This document shows, in pieces, positions 37,476 to 50,506 of a DNA stretch of 64,000 bases. How positions within the stretch are numbered: position 1 is the stretch's first letter; each line of letters begins with the position of its first letter. A program made the translations under genes and the position numbers. The notes under the pieces are model-generated. The model searched no databases and was not told the DNA's origin. It was given only the letters and a program-made list of their open reading frames with translations. Source of the stretch: Moniliella sp. 'wahieum' (lineage: Eukaryota); assembly GCA_003971905.1 (NCBI GenBank), contig RSEE01000094.1, forward strand, positions 124,001-188,000, given 5' to 3'.

Positions 37476-38832
37476 ATGGCCCACCGCGCGCCCACCATGC
37501 GCGCCGCCACCCGCTCCGCCGCCCAGGCACCTGTCTCGGGCGCCCAGTCGGGCGCTCCCGACACTGGCCAGCACCGTTGGCAGCGCGCCCCTCCCTCCGC
37601 CGCCCCTGCACCAGCTCCGGCTCCAGCTCCTGCCCCCGCGGTCACGGCCATGGCCGATGCCAGTCCCGCCAGGCAGGACACGATGAGTGTCCTCCTCGCC
37701 ACGGCGGGGTACGACCAGTACGTGCGGACAGGTGCAGTCGCCTTGCTTGTGCCTACTAATCCCAGGTTGTTTCTCTCTTTTTCTCAGCACCATCCGGTTC
37801 TGGGAAGCGTGGAGCGGCCTGTGTTCGCGCACGGTGGCCTATGGCGACTCGGCGGTCAACGTTGGCCATCAGTCCCAACAAGCACTGGCTTGCGGCCGGG
37901 GGGTACAAAAAGATCCGCGTCTACGACTGTGCCATCTCTGCCCCACCCGCTTCATCGACGGCCGTGGTGAATCTGAATGCGAATGCGAATGCGGCGCGTT
38001 CGACCGGTGACGCGCCCGTGCTTGAAATCCCTGCCACCGACGACGGCAACGTGATGGCGCTGCTGTGGCAGATGGACGCTCGTTGGCTCGCCAGTGGCTC
38101 GGACGATGGCACGGTCAAGATCTGGGACATTCGCATGCCCAGCCTCAAACCTACCCGCTTCTACACCCCCCCGACGGTGGCGTGAACGACTTGGCGATCA
38201 ACCCCAACCAAGGCGAGATTGTAGCGTGCGACCAAGCTGGCATGATCAAAATTTGGGATTTGGCCAACAACCATTGCACCCACATTTCGCCTGTCGACCA
38301 GGGCGTTCGGATTCCCATCCGTTCCGTCTCGGTCGCGCTCGATGGCTCGTTTCTCTGGCGGGCGACGAGAGGGGAAGTGTATACGTGTGGGAGCTAAGCC
38401 AATCCCAGCCCAGCGCTTCAGCGGACGCATCAGACTTGCCACCAACTACCGTACAACCGCAACCGCAACCGCAACTGCACCCGCAAGATGAGTTTCAGCT
38501 GCAACCCGCTAGCCAGTTCCGTGCCCATGCCGAACGCGAGTTTTGACCAAGTGCCGGATCAGTCCCGATTCCCACTGGCTCGCCACCACCTCGTCCGACA
38601 AGACGATCAAGATTTGGAAACGGGGGCCGAACTTTGAGTTTTGGCCGGACAAGGTGCTGGTGGGCCATCAACGATGGGTATGGGACGCGGCCTTTAGCGC
38701 CGACTCGGCCTACTTGGTCAGCGCGAGTTCCGACAATACCGCCCGCCTGTGGGAATTGGCTCGGGCGTCACAGTTCGCCAGTATACGGCGCATCGGGCGC
38801 TGGTGGCCGTCTCGCTCAACGATCATCGTTGA
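37476..38832 (+). CDS. LST8: TOR complex subunit Lst8 (WD40); intron 37718-37787
   Basis: [110 protein letters not shown], and ..LNDHR-stop. The canonical start is at 37683, with in-frame upstream ATGs at 37650 and 37476. Confidence 0.95.
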
Positions 38833-38837
38833 TTCTA

Positions 38838-38857
38838 ACTAGTTACTAGTTACTAGG
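38838..38857. repeat. (ACTAGTT)n array just downstream of the LST8 stop
   Basis: ACTAGT-t-ACTAGT-t-ACTAGG. Confidence 0.85.
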
Positions 38858-39325
38858 CACTGCTGTTCCGGAGGTTCATTCCCCCTGGACCCACCCACGG
38901 CCCATCTTCCTCTGATTCTTCCCTCTCGCCCATGTCCTCGCCTATTGAGGACGACGAATGTCACGACCTCGCATACCCTGTACGAAACGTGTGCGCTCAG
39001 GGGGCTTCCATAGCTGGTGCAAGTGTCAAGGTGCCATCATATTGGATAGATACATCACCACATGGTGATCCCCATGGGCCCATACCAGCTGGGCCGGCCG
39101 GCAAACCCGATGAGAACTGCACCACTCCAGAGGACAGAAACTCCTACACACCATGGATGGGATATAAGACAGAATGGCATAAGAGCAGGGGAGGGAGAAG
39201 GGAAGGGAAGGGAATGGGAATCCAGTAATCGAGAATCAAAGACTACCCCTGGAACGAGCGAATGGAATGGTACGGGAGAAATGCATCATACAAAGAGAGG
39301 AACGATGCAACACTGTGCGGGGTGT

Positions 39326-42263
39326 CTATGATGTCATGACAGGTTCCAGGTTCGAGAGGTTAAGAGGGGTATCAGGGAGGGAGAAGGGAAGGAATGGGTA
39401 CATGGGTGAGTAAGGGTATGCAGGCATCTTGAAGCTTGATGCAACAGGCGGAACGAGGTCTTGCGTCCGGCGCGGGCTGACCACGAGAACGGCGCAGGCC
39501 CAACGAGACGAGTTGGGTGTATAAACCGGGCAACGGCGGTGCCAAGCCCCCATTGGGATAACTTTGAGAGGAGAGCTGGCAAGGGGAAGAGGATGTTCAA
39601 CATAGCCGAGCGAGCTCGTGCAGGGATTTTCACGGTGGTGGGCAGGGGTGAAGGAGGGAATCAATAGACAGAGGCAAGTGACCCGAGTGCGGTTCGGGCC
39701 AGCAATGGCCACGGAGTGGTTCACTTCCTAGTGGACACGGGAGTGACCTTGGATGGTGTCTGTGTGGGCTGACCTTGGTCTGAGAGGACCGGCCAGGGCC
39801 AGGTGAGGCGATCCTCCGATCGACGGATCAAATGGGAAGGAAGGCCGAGGAGTGAATCGCGAACGCAGCCGCGACCGCTTCGTACTGACTGAGGGCGCCA
39901 AACTCTCAGGACGAGGAACAGAATGAATGGTGGAATCGTTGGAGGTAGATGTGCCCAAGTTGGTGTGTGTAAAGACGGATTATGTTGTTGCTCTCCTCCT
40001 CCGATTCCAGGCCTGACGGAACACGAGGTGGGCGTTGAAGAGAGAAGCCAACCGTCTCCGTGTCTGACGTGAGACGCGCGGGAGAGAAGAGGAGTAGGCG
40101 CATGGCTTGTGCCACTCGAACAGGGGGGAGAAGAAAGCGTCGTGCTCATCGGTGTCGAGCAGACGCTGGCCGAGGGGAAATGAGAGAAAGTGTCCAAGTC
40201 GTTAGTGGAACGGTGCCAATGGGAGGAGTGAGAGGTGGTTCTGGCTCTTTCCTTTTGCAGGGAACGTTGATCGCCCTCCGTTTTAGGGCGCCGCTTCATA
40301 TCATCATGCTCTTCATCGGGATCACCATGGCTTTGGTAACTTCCGGCTGATGAATACGGTGCATAGGACGAGGAACAAGTTCCGTGGGGGTCATCTTCTG
40401 CCACCGACGACTGCGATGACCGTGGGAATTGGCCGATACCAGGCAGGTGAAGATAGCTGGGGCAAAGGAGGGTTGAAAGAATGACTCGCGTCAGATTCCT
40501 CCGTGTCAAAGGGTGAACCTAACACGGCGTCAGACACCGGCAAAGTGGTCTGTGCGGTTGGACTCGACCATCCGGATGGTTGAAGATTGGGGGTTGGAGT
40601 GGGCGTCTTGGCCTCAATGTGCGAGGAGGAACTCGCGGCCTGGTTGCGCTCGGCATCCATCCTCTCATCCGAGTCAGAGCAAATAGACAAATCCGTTAAC
40701 CGCATTGAATCGGTCCAGTGAGAAGCACGGGGATCGTCATCCTCTTCGGTTGTCCAGGAGCATTCAGACAAAGAATGGTGATGGGCAGTGGATCCCGAGA
40801 CTACATCCTCCTCGGAACAGCCGGGGCCGGAGACGTGCATGGATGTGTCCGGTGGATCTCTTGCGAGAGGAGAGACGGATGGCGTGAGGGATCCGCATTT
40901 TTGCCCCGAACCCATTGGGGTGTGCGCCCATTCACCCAGTCCTGTGCCCGATAGACGGATGCTCAGGCGGGGGGGAGCGTATCCGTCCGGTGCATGCAGG
41001 TGCACGGCTGAATGCGGCTCCGGGGCGTGCTCGCTGGCTGCGTACTCAACCTCTTCACTTGCAGCATCCTCCTGGGAGCTGCTCGGGTCAAAGGCGAGCC
41101 CCAGGCCTTGGAGGTCAACACTGTTGGTTTGTTCGAGCATGGCGCATTCTCGCCTTGCATCCGCACCCCCAGACCACATGCCTGACGAAGGGGAGTCCTT
41201 CAAGTGCTTGTCCCCAATTGGGGTGGCCAAATTGTCTGATAGAGGCACACATGAATGCATTAGCATACACAATCGTAACCGGATATAGGATCTAGAGACG
41301 CACCTTCATCAATGCAAGCAGCACCTAGTGTAGTGCAAATGCTTGAAATGGCTCCCGCACCAGGCTCGGGGAAGTCGGGTTCGCCCAGACATCCAGCGGG
41401 GTGGACGTATAGGCCCACGGCGTGAAGGGTGTTGTTGCAGAGGGCAATCAATCGGGTCCACTTGCAGCATACTGTCCCGTTCCCCTCGGCAAGCAAACGA
41501 CAAAGGCGAAGAAGGTAGGCTTCCCGTCTCCGTCGACGGATCGCGCCGCACTTTATTTTCACCCTCCCGCGTCTGGTTGGACCGGCCAAACAGTTCGTTG
41601 AGGAGGGTGGCAGAGCGAAAGCGAACACTCCCACTGTCTTTGTTGGCCTCCATCGAACCACCGTGAAGGTCAACTGGGCGTTTCGCCGCGTGAGAGTAAG
41701 TACTCGCTGATCTAGGCTTGGGCGTAGGACGAGCGGCGGCGGGAGTGCCGGAAGTGGAAGGAGAAAGAAGCACCAACGAGGCCAATGCTCGCAGAGAGTT
41801 GGGTGTCTTAGGGGCTTGGCGTTTGAGCCCGGGCGCGGATCGTCTGTGGTGGGAGCGGGTGGGCGAGGGGAATGCAGTCTTGGCTGACTGCATGTCGTCC
41901 TCGAACTCAGGGCCCGGTCGGAGACCGTTGGGGGCCTGGAAAAGCAGTGGGGTCAAAGTACAGTGGTGCGGCCAACGGCTCCTCTGTCGAAGGGGTGATG
42001 ACGGCTGAGGACGAAGCGGTTGACCCCGGAGACGAAGGAAGGGGGCTGCATGCTGCTCAGCTTGGCGGATGGAAGCGTCAGAAGGACCTGGCGCCGTTTT
42101 TTGCGGGACGAGATGGCGGGCGATGGAGCTGAGAGTGAGCTGAGGAGGGCGGCGACGCAGGCGGGGAGGCGCTGGACTGAAGAGGGGTGGTGTCGCGGGC
42201 GCTGATGGTCATGCCGAGCGGAGGCGAAAGGGCAGGCGGGTGGGTCGGGGGGGCTGCGCCATG
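39326..42263 (-). CDS. Large hypothetical Ser/Pro-rich protein (frameshifted)
   Basis: A tiling chain of minus-strand ORFs (41953-42333, 41309-41956, 40391-41272, 39721-40509) with intrinsically disordered composition. No domain recognised. Confidence 0.5.
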
Positions 42264-44915
42264 GTGGGCCGAGGGAGAGGGGCGAGCTGGCGGAGGGGCA
42301 GCAGTCGAGAGCAAAAAAGGGAGGGCGAGACAAGGGGAGCGGCGGTCTGGAAGGGTGGGAATGCGGTGGTGGCAGACAGAGGCGGTGGGTTAGCTAGGTG
42401 GCCGCGCGAAAAACATCGCAACACTAACCGAGGAGCTGACAGGCGAAGGACGTGCACGGAGTACTGGCGTGTGGCTTCCCCAGTGTTGTATAAATTTTCT
42501 GGCTCGGGTGCGCTTTCGCGGTAGGCTTAGCGCTTAGGCTCAGGCGCAGCCCTCGTGCTGAGCCCAGACGCGTGACGCGTGATGGTGCTGACGCACTGAA
42601 CGTACTGATGCACTGATGCCCCCAGGGCGGCTTACCTATCGAGAGCCAGCTCGGTTGATCTCTGTAGGCTCGTAGGCTCAGTTGAGCGCTTAGTGGGAGC
42701 AACAGAGCACGGAGTTGTGTGTACCAATCCACATCGCGGTCCCCTCGATCGGCTTTCTCAGGATCGTGTCGGGCCCCAGCCGAGCGCAGGCGTGCGCAGG
42801 CGCACACCGGGCCACACGAGGCCACAGACGACCCATGTGTTGATCGCTGCCACTCACCGGTCATATTCATCCGTCCATCATCGATCCCATGTCTTCCTCG
42901 TACCAAGAGAGATGCCGATACCCTTTGCCCAACGCCCATCACCCTTTTCAACCGACAGGGCACTGCCCTGCACCAGACAGCCGCTCGTGAGTCGCTACTT
43001 GGCGCTTGGCCCTCCTGCGTATGGCTGGCGCCGTGGGATGGCAAATGGAGGCCCCTGGAAAGCCTGACACCTGCGGGAGGTGGTGCATGGTGAAGTCTGA
43101 GCCTCAGATCCAGAGGCCTGAGGCGGCGGCAAAAAAAGGCATGGCAGACATGGTCTGCGAACACAACATCGACATACACAGCAACTACCGTAAACCGGTT
43201 ACCATACCGGTACCTAGTAACTGGTCACTAGCACTACCGTCCACAGCCACTTGAAACCTGTGGGAGGCAGCCTGGACAAGCCTGGACTTGGACAGCTGTC
43301 TGTATGAGCGCCGGCCTGAGCCGTCTATGGCTTGACGGCCTGACGCGTGACGGATGATCGATGACGGAGCTGGATTTTGAGTCTCACAAAGTATCGTGTG
43401 CACCTGCATGTGGCTGCGCAGCAGGCGCCAGCTCGTCCTTTTCATGTCCCACCCGGGGGACAGGCCGCCACACCTTTCGTACCTGACGTGGACGCGATGT
43501 GTGTTTTGGAATCCGGGGTTCTCGCTCCCACCCGAGAAGGGTTTGGCGTTTGTGGAGGGCGAGCAAAGCACCTCGTTTCCAGGGGACAGGGGCAGCCGCT
43601 GGCAGCTCAGGGGCAGTCTTGCCTGCCCACACATGTGTCAATGTCAACCGGCAACCCGCTCCCCGGGTTCACCGGCACCGGACAGCCCAGCAACCCCGAA
43701 GCTCGGAAGCCAGACCCTTGCCCCACGCCCCCAATATGAGTTCAACAGTTTAACGTTCAATATTCAATGTCAACTCCATACTCAAACATCGGTACTCGAC
43801 GTCCAGCCTTTCAACCCTTCCAGCTGGCGGCGAGATGCTGCTGACGCGATGGGGTACGTACAGCCACCACCGTCGCTTCTACTGCGACAGACAAGGGGTA
43901 TCCGGATGATTTGCTACATCGGTCGTCTTTCAAATTTCATAGTCACTTGTCTAGTCACTAGGTCACTCGACACTAGTCCCTAGCTGCTGCAACCGAGAAC
44001 CGGTAACCAGTAACTGGGTAACTAGCAACCTACCTCCAAGCGAAGTCATCACTAGAGTCCCTCCAAGCTCCAACCTGCTCCAACCACCATGCGTGTGGCT
44101 TAGGTCCAGTTCCTGTTTTTCAAATTGACAGCCTCAACGTACGTACGCTAAACGCCAAACGTCCAACACTGTGGCGTAAGGTGGCTGACGCACGGCTGGC
44201 AGGAAATTTGTACCGAACCAAAGCCCAACAGTGTCTAGTCCACCCACACACTATTAGTGGCTAATGGGTAACCAGTAACTAGTAATGGCCAGCCCACACA
44301 CACCACCTAAACATGTCAATCCACCATCTGCGTCATCGCATCGTCACATGTTCTGGCCTACGATCCTACGACGAGATGACAATTGTTTTTGACGTTTCTT
44401 CTACCAGCCGCAGTACAGAAGACAGGAATAGCTAGTGCTCGAGAGTGCTTTTGCATTTTACTGACAGCTCCTGATCTACCGGTTACCCCCGTCGGTTACG
44501 CGCGCCTCACAACATCAACGTTCAACCAACGTCGATCATCATCGAAAGGAGTGTCTAGCCAGCATTCCAGGATCATACGGCAAGAGTGGATGGGTGTGCA
44601 ACGAATGCATGAAGTTTTATCATCAGCTTAGTTGAAAAGCGTACAAATACAGGTGAATGCGACGGATATATGAGGCACTAAAAGAGGTGGGGGAGGGGAG
44701 GGGAGGGCGGGGGGGGGGCGTAGCAGAGGACCATGGTACCGGTAACCCGGTAGTTTGGTAGAGTCATGGATAGCTTGTGCAGACAGGGGGCAGGCCCAGT
44801 GTTGAAAGAGCGGGGGGGGGGTCCAGTGTTGAAAGGACAGGCAAGGGACACGACTAAGGAGCAGAAACCGAGGCGTCCGACCAAAGGCCTTCAAACCCGA
44901 GCAGGTAGGAACCGT

Positions 44916-46231
44916 TTAGTAGCGGTAGTGGTCCGCCTTGTAAGGCCCGTCAACGTCCAGGTCGAGGTACTTGGCCTGGGCGTCGGTGAGCTTGGTGAGC
45001 TGCACACGCAGCTTGGAAAGGTGCGCCAGGGCAACTTCCTCATCGAGCTTCTTGGGAAGCATGTACACCTCGCCCGCCTTGTACTTGCCGTCAGTGTTGT
45101 TCTTCCACAGCTCAATCTGAGCCAGGGTCTGGTTGCAGAACGAGGCGCTCATGATGAACGAAGGGTGGCCCGTCGCGCAGCCAAGGTTGACCAGACGACC
45201 CTCGGCCAGGAGAATGACATGGCGGCCCGACTTCATCTCGAACCGGTCCACCTGGGGCTTGATGTTGACAACTCCCTTGGCGTTGGCCTTGAGCCAGGCC
45301 ACGTCAATCTCCACGTCAAAGTGACCAATGTTGCAGACAATCGCGTCGTCACGCATCGCCTCAAAGTGACGGCCGACGATAATGTCCCGGTTGCCCGTGT
45401 GGTGGTAACAAAGATGTCGGCGTACGACGCGACATTGTCCATCAGGTCGACCTGGTAACCAGCCATGGCAGCCTGGAGGGCGTTGATGGGGTCAATCTCG
45501 GTAACAATCACACGGCAGCCGTAGCCACGCAGCGACTCGGCGCAGCCCTTGCCCACGTCACCAAAGCCAGCGACAACGGCCGTCTTGCCGCCGAGCATGA
45601 CGTCAGTGGCGCGCTTGATGCCATCCACCAGCGACTCACGGCACCCATAGTAGTTGTCAAACTTGGACTTGGTCACCGAGTCGTTCACATTGATGGCAGG
45701 CAGCTTGAGCTCACCCTTGCGCGAGGCAATGTAGAGGTGGTGAACACCCGTCGTGGTCTCCTCCGAGAGACCCTTAATGTCCTTGAGGAGCTCGGGGTGC
45801 TCGTTGTGCACCTTCCAGGTGAGGTCACCACCATCGTCAAGGATCATGTTGAGGGGCTTGCCCGAGGGGAAAACATCGTTCTTGAGCGTCTGCTCAATGC
45901 ACCAGTTGTACTCCTCCTCCGTTTCGCCCTTCCAGGCGAAGACAGGGATGCCAGCAGCAGCAATCGCAGCCGCAGCGTGGTCCTGGGTAGAGAAGATGTT
46001 GCAGGACGACCAGGCAACTTCAGCACCAAGAGCGACCAGCGTCTCGATCAGGACGGCAGTCTGGATGGTCATGTGGAGGCAGCCAGCCACGCGCGCACCC
46101 TTGAGGGGCTGGCTCGGGCCGTACTTCTCGCGGAGCTGCATCAGGCCAGGCATCTCGCCCTCAGCGATGGTGATCTCCTTGCGCCCGAAGGCGGCAAGGG
46201 AGATGTCGGCGACCTTGAAGTTGGTGGACAT
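44916..46231 (-). CDS. SAH1: S-adenosylhomocysteine hydrolase
   Basis: [117 protein letters not shown]. One 2-nt indel lies at ~45398. Confidence 0.99.
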
Positions 46232-46712
46232 GGCTGTGGTGGGAGGGAGGGAAAGGCAGAGGAGGAATGGGGTGCGTGGTGGGGAGACGAGAGTGCCCGC
46301 GCACGGGACGGGCGGAATATATACGGGGCCTGTTGGCCGGGGCCATGGCGGTTTCGGCGGGAAGAAAAATTGACTAACCGACTGCGGCCACAGGGGCAGT
46401 CTGCTGTGGGTTCCGGGGGGTGGGAGCGTGACAGCGCCCAAGCCGCGCGCTGCCCGTGCACCGTGCACACTGACCCTATGCGCCGCAACCTCCACGTGCA
46501 CACTCGCCCTTTTGGCGTTGAAATTTGAACGGCGATTGTTGAATCTTGCAGATTCTTAGGGGCCATCTTACCTCAGGGCTCAGCAGCACCTGCACCTCCT
46601 TTGGTAACATTTCAGTCCATCCTCCCGCCATGGACGCTTGGACATCTCGCGCCCCCCCCCTCAGTATGCAATCGCCAGCCCACCGACAGGCCTCCGCCAG
46701 TCATCCCTCCCG

Positions 46713-47297
46713 ATGGCCTCCACGTCCACCTGCGAGCTGGCCACCGTCCCCCAATTTGACTGTGTCCTAGTGGGTGCTCGGCCTGTAGTTTCCGACGGAA
46801 AAGAGGCGCTACGAGGCGACCGTATTGTGTGCCGCCCCATCGAACGCATCTTCCACCGCTGCCTCAACCAGCCCGCCGTCGAGGTTACGCATTTGGTCCA
46901 CTTTGATGCTGCTGGCCAGCCCCATCTTCCCCCGATGCCGCTCCCTAGCAGTATGTTCTACCCTTGCGGCGACATCTTTCTCGCTATACGTCCTGACCTA
47001 TCACTTCACATGGAGGATGGCAATGAACACAAAAGAAGGAATGCGATCGTAACAACAGTGCCCCAAGATTCGCTCGCTTGGACGAAGACGACCGGGTACC
47101 CCCATATTATGAGTCAGGGTCTTATCGTCTACATGGATCGCGGGTCTCTCTTCCCCCCGCCCTATGCTGTTAAGGCTTGGCGACGTCTCGGACTTCCCGG
47201 GCAAAGTGCTTTCCATGTCAGCCCAGCGGGACTAAGCCGGCTGATGGACGTCATGTCCGGCCGCTCTCCCTGCCTTCAGTGTTGTGGGAAGAGATGA
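46713..47297 (+). CDS. Som1-like mitochondrial inner-membrane peptidase subunit (C-terminal extent uncertain)
   Basis: TCELATVPQFDC...IVCRPIERIFHRCLNQPAVEVT fits the Som1 pattern C..l.QyeC...i.C.P..R.F.rC...vE.T. The sequence beyond ~46950 may not belong to this gene. Confidence 0.55.
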   Translation: MASTSTCELATVPQFDCVLVGARPVVSDGKEALRGDRIVCRPIERIFHRCLNQPAVEVTHLVHFDAAGQPHLPPMPLPSSMFYPCGDIFLAIRPDLSLHMEDGNEHKRRNAIVTTVPQDSLAWTKTTGYPHIMSQGLIVYMDRGSLFPPPYAVKAWRRLGLPGQSAFHVSPAGLSRLMDVMSGRSPCLQCCGKR

Positions 47298-48321
47298 TGC
47301 CGCGGCTGCTTTACCAGACAGAGTTCATCTCTTTAGTTTTGACAAGAGCGCGTTCAGATCTCAGACCTGAAATGGGCATGAAGCTCAGTGGGAGGAGAGT
47401 AAGCACTGACGCTCTCCGGTATGGGTGCTTTGGCGGCAAATGTCCCGGTGACGCGAGGATGAACTGATCTGTATATAGCCTTAGTGGTCTCCGATTCGTC
47501 GCTGCCTGATGAGGCGCGCCCTGCACGGCTTCTCGCTCGATGTCCGAACCACATATGAGATCGCATTAATTTGAGCAGGAACGTGAAGCTTGAAGCTTGA
47601 CAGCTTGATCCCTGACCGCGGTGATGGGGCAAGAGAATCACCTTCTCATACACTCGCACGCAGCCAACTGCATCGCTACACTCTGCTTACTCTTGCTGAA
47701 TGGCAAGGCGTTGCAGGTGACCTCGACAGAATGGGGGCAGGCGTTTCTCGTTCGGTCGAAATGCCGCGAGGTGGGAAGTGGAGGACGTGCTGGGGAACAG
47801 TACTGCACACCACAGACAAGGAAAGGAGGCGCTGGTGTCGAAAGAGGCGGGTGGGCTAGAGCATCAGGCTGGCTCGGTAGGCCATCAAGCTTCAAGGCTT
47901 GAAAAGGGCCTGTGGAGGTCCAGCGCAGGGGCTGGCCCGAGCAGCTGGGTGTGGCGATGACGCCGTGTGGGATGGACTGATGGATGGATGGCGCAGGCGA
48001 GCTGCCTCAGGCCGCGGATGCGACCCAAATTAATAAGCCCTACTTTGTGGGGAGGGGTTTCGAACCCTAGCAGACCCTAGCGCTCGCAGCCGTTACGTCA
48101 CCGTTGCTGGCGCCGTGCAGGGGGTGAGCGTGGCCGCTGGGCTCCTGTGCGGGTTCGCTGGGCCGACGCACCAGGGATGCGGGCCGGGGACCGGTGACCG
48201 GTCACGGTGACCAGTGACCCAGGAGAGCCCGGGCAGTCCGCCGATGTCGGGCGGACGCCGCAGCGCAGGCCGTCAGGCAGGCTGCCATCGTTGTTGGGCT
48301 GCGCCGCCACCGCCCCCCAGC

Positions 48322-49892
48322 ATGCCCACCCACGTCGCCAGCAGCACGTGGCATCCCGACGACGGCTTATCCACCCGCCTGGCCTACGCCACCCTCGACG
48401 ACCCACCCCCACCCCACCCCCGCCCAGCAGCGTACGTTGCCCCCAGCCGCCGCCGCTCGCGCCCCCGCGCCCGTCGATGCCGACGACAGCCACTCGCTCC
48501 ACTCGCTCCTTCTCGATCCTGCCCCACCCGGCCAGCCAGCGCCTTCTGCTTCCCATCCCCCTGCCCCTCCGATCCGTCTCTCCAGCCCGAGCCCTTGAGC
48601 ATTGCTGATGCCCTCAAGCACCCGTTGCATACCCCCTTGGTCGGCCCCGATGCCCGGCCATCGACGCTGGACGATGCGTACGACGATGGGTATGGGTACG
48701 GGTATGGGTATGGCTCTGGATACGGGTACGGATATGGCGGCGCATACGATGCGTACGACGGCAACGTCTACGTGGGCAAGTATGGGCCGCTGCCGCCGGG
48801 CATCCTACCCAACAGTCGCCGAGCTCGGGCCATTGCCGATCACGATGACGCGAAAGCATGGTGTCCGACTTGGACGTGGATACCCTTCGGCTCGACGGCG
48901 CATCGACCCGCTCCCGGTCCAGTCGGTGGAGCTTCGCTGCCACTTCGGCCGCGCCCAGCGGGGGCAGCGGTGGATCGGGCTCGGGCGGAGCTGGCATGAG
49001 CGTTCCTGTCGAAGGCGTTGGCAAGGCGCTGGGTCTCGCTCGGGAGGCCCGGTGCCGACAGGCCGCCAACAGGCCGCACCCAGCATCGCAACCGACTCCC
49101 AGTCGCTTTATACGGCCATGAGCCACATCTCTGCTTCCACCTCGGGAACTGGGCGGTCACGAGCCACGCGGGCGTCCAAATTGGCTGGGTCCAACTTGGC
49201 TACCACGCCCGAGGAGCCGGCCAAGACGGGGCCGGCTCTGGCCGAGGAGTACCTGAGCAAAGGAATTACGTACCATGAACAAGGCGACATGACCCGCTCT
49301 GCTTTACTTTGAACGCAGCGCCAAGATTGAGGGCGGGTGCGTGGTGGGTATGTGCATGTGGGGACTCACCTTGCGCGAAGGTTGGGGCGCCCGCAAGGAT
49401 CCCAAACGTGGATTTGAATGGATTCAAATGGCCGCTGCGCGGGCCGGGGAGTTGTCGAATCGGGCCGGAACGGGTGGGGCGGAGCTCAAAGCGATACGCG
49501 TATGTGATCTGGTCTCGTTCCCTTGCGTTGATTGCTGACCTGGTTGGTGCAGTCGGAGCTCAAGCTAGCTGTGTACGAGCTTGGCAAGTGCCACTGCTAT
49601 GGATGGGGCACCAAGAAGGACCCCAAAAGCTTTGGGCTACTTTGAGCTGGCTGCTCGATTGGGCGATGTGGACGCCCAAGCCGAGGCAGGTGCCTTGTAC
49701 TATGCTGGCAAGGGCTGCAAGAAAGATCTCAAAAAGGCGGCGATGTACTATCGCATGGCGGAGAAGCAAGGGTACGACACGGTCGGCCTTTCGTGGATCT
49801 GGAAGGAAAAGTATAATGAGCAGGTCCATCGCCCGCCTGCCACCCTGACCTCCTTTTTTCCTGTCTCGAGCGACTTGTGCTTGCCCTGGTGA
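48322..49892 (+). CDS. Sel1-repeat protein, Dsf2/Nif1-like; intron 49500-49552
   Basis: EEYLSKGITYHEQG..GMCMWGLTLREGWG..ELKLAVYELGKC..GWG..ALGYFELAARLGDVDAQAEAG..GKGCKKDLKKAAMYYRMAEKQGYDTVGLSWIWKEKY. Confidence 0.85.
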
Positions 49893-50479
49893 GTGCCACC
49901 ATTTTGTATTCCAAGCAGCTCTCTCTACGTTCCGGCCCAGAGCCTGAATGCAATGCTGCTGCGCCCTTGCCTGTGTTTCCAGCGCCCTATGGGCCCATCA
50001 TGCGCGGGACTCTCCGTTCTTTTCTTCCACTGCTTCCTCCTCGTGCGGTGACACAGCCCACTCCTCCTTTCTCCTCTGTCTTATCATTCGCAGGTCCCTC
50101 GGCCTATCTTCGGATCAGGTACATGTGTCCCTGGCCGCGGATGGTTGATCGTTGGGTTCCCCCATCCATATGTACCCATCCCACAATGTTGCGCGTCCTT
50201 CATTCCGCTTTCGCATCGCACCTACATCGACCCCAAATCCCCATATTCGAATACTGTTCCTTCCAGCTGAAGCTTCCAGCTCTCTCTCAATGATCGGGGT
50301 TTGTATTGATACAGCTTTTATAGCCACAGTGCCGGGTCGCACGCCGCGTAAGTTATAGAAAACGTAGGCACTTTTGTACATCAGGTACTGCCACAGGCCA
50401 CTTGTGTCCACCAACCTTTCTCCCGATGCACACCCAGTACAGGAATGTCGATGATTCCATGAGGGGGGTGGGGCCAATG

Positions 50480-50506
50480 AAGCTTGAAGCTTGAAGCTTG
50501 AAGCTT
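50480..50506. repeat. (AAGCTTG)4 tandem array
   Basis: AAGCTT at 50480, 50487, 50494 and 50501. Confidence 0.95.

Noticed and set aside
44766..46528. Long antisense ORFs opposite SAH1 (and opposite the SulP, RSM25 and VPS23 genes)
   Set aside because: These are typical shadow ORFs arising from GC-rich codon bias of the real gene on the other strand.
48050..48082. B-box-like GGTTCGAAACC (minus strand) and AACCCTAG, suggesting a tRNA or telo-box
   Set aside because: The T-stem pairs only 3 bp, and no acceptor, D or anticodon arms can be folded. A single AACCCTA is expected by chance.
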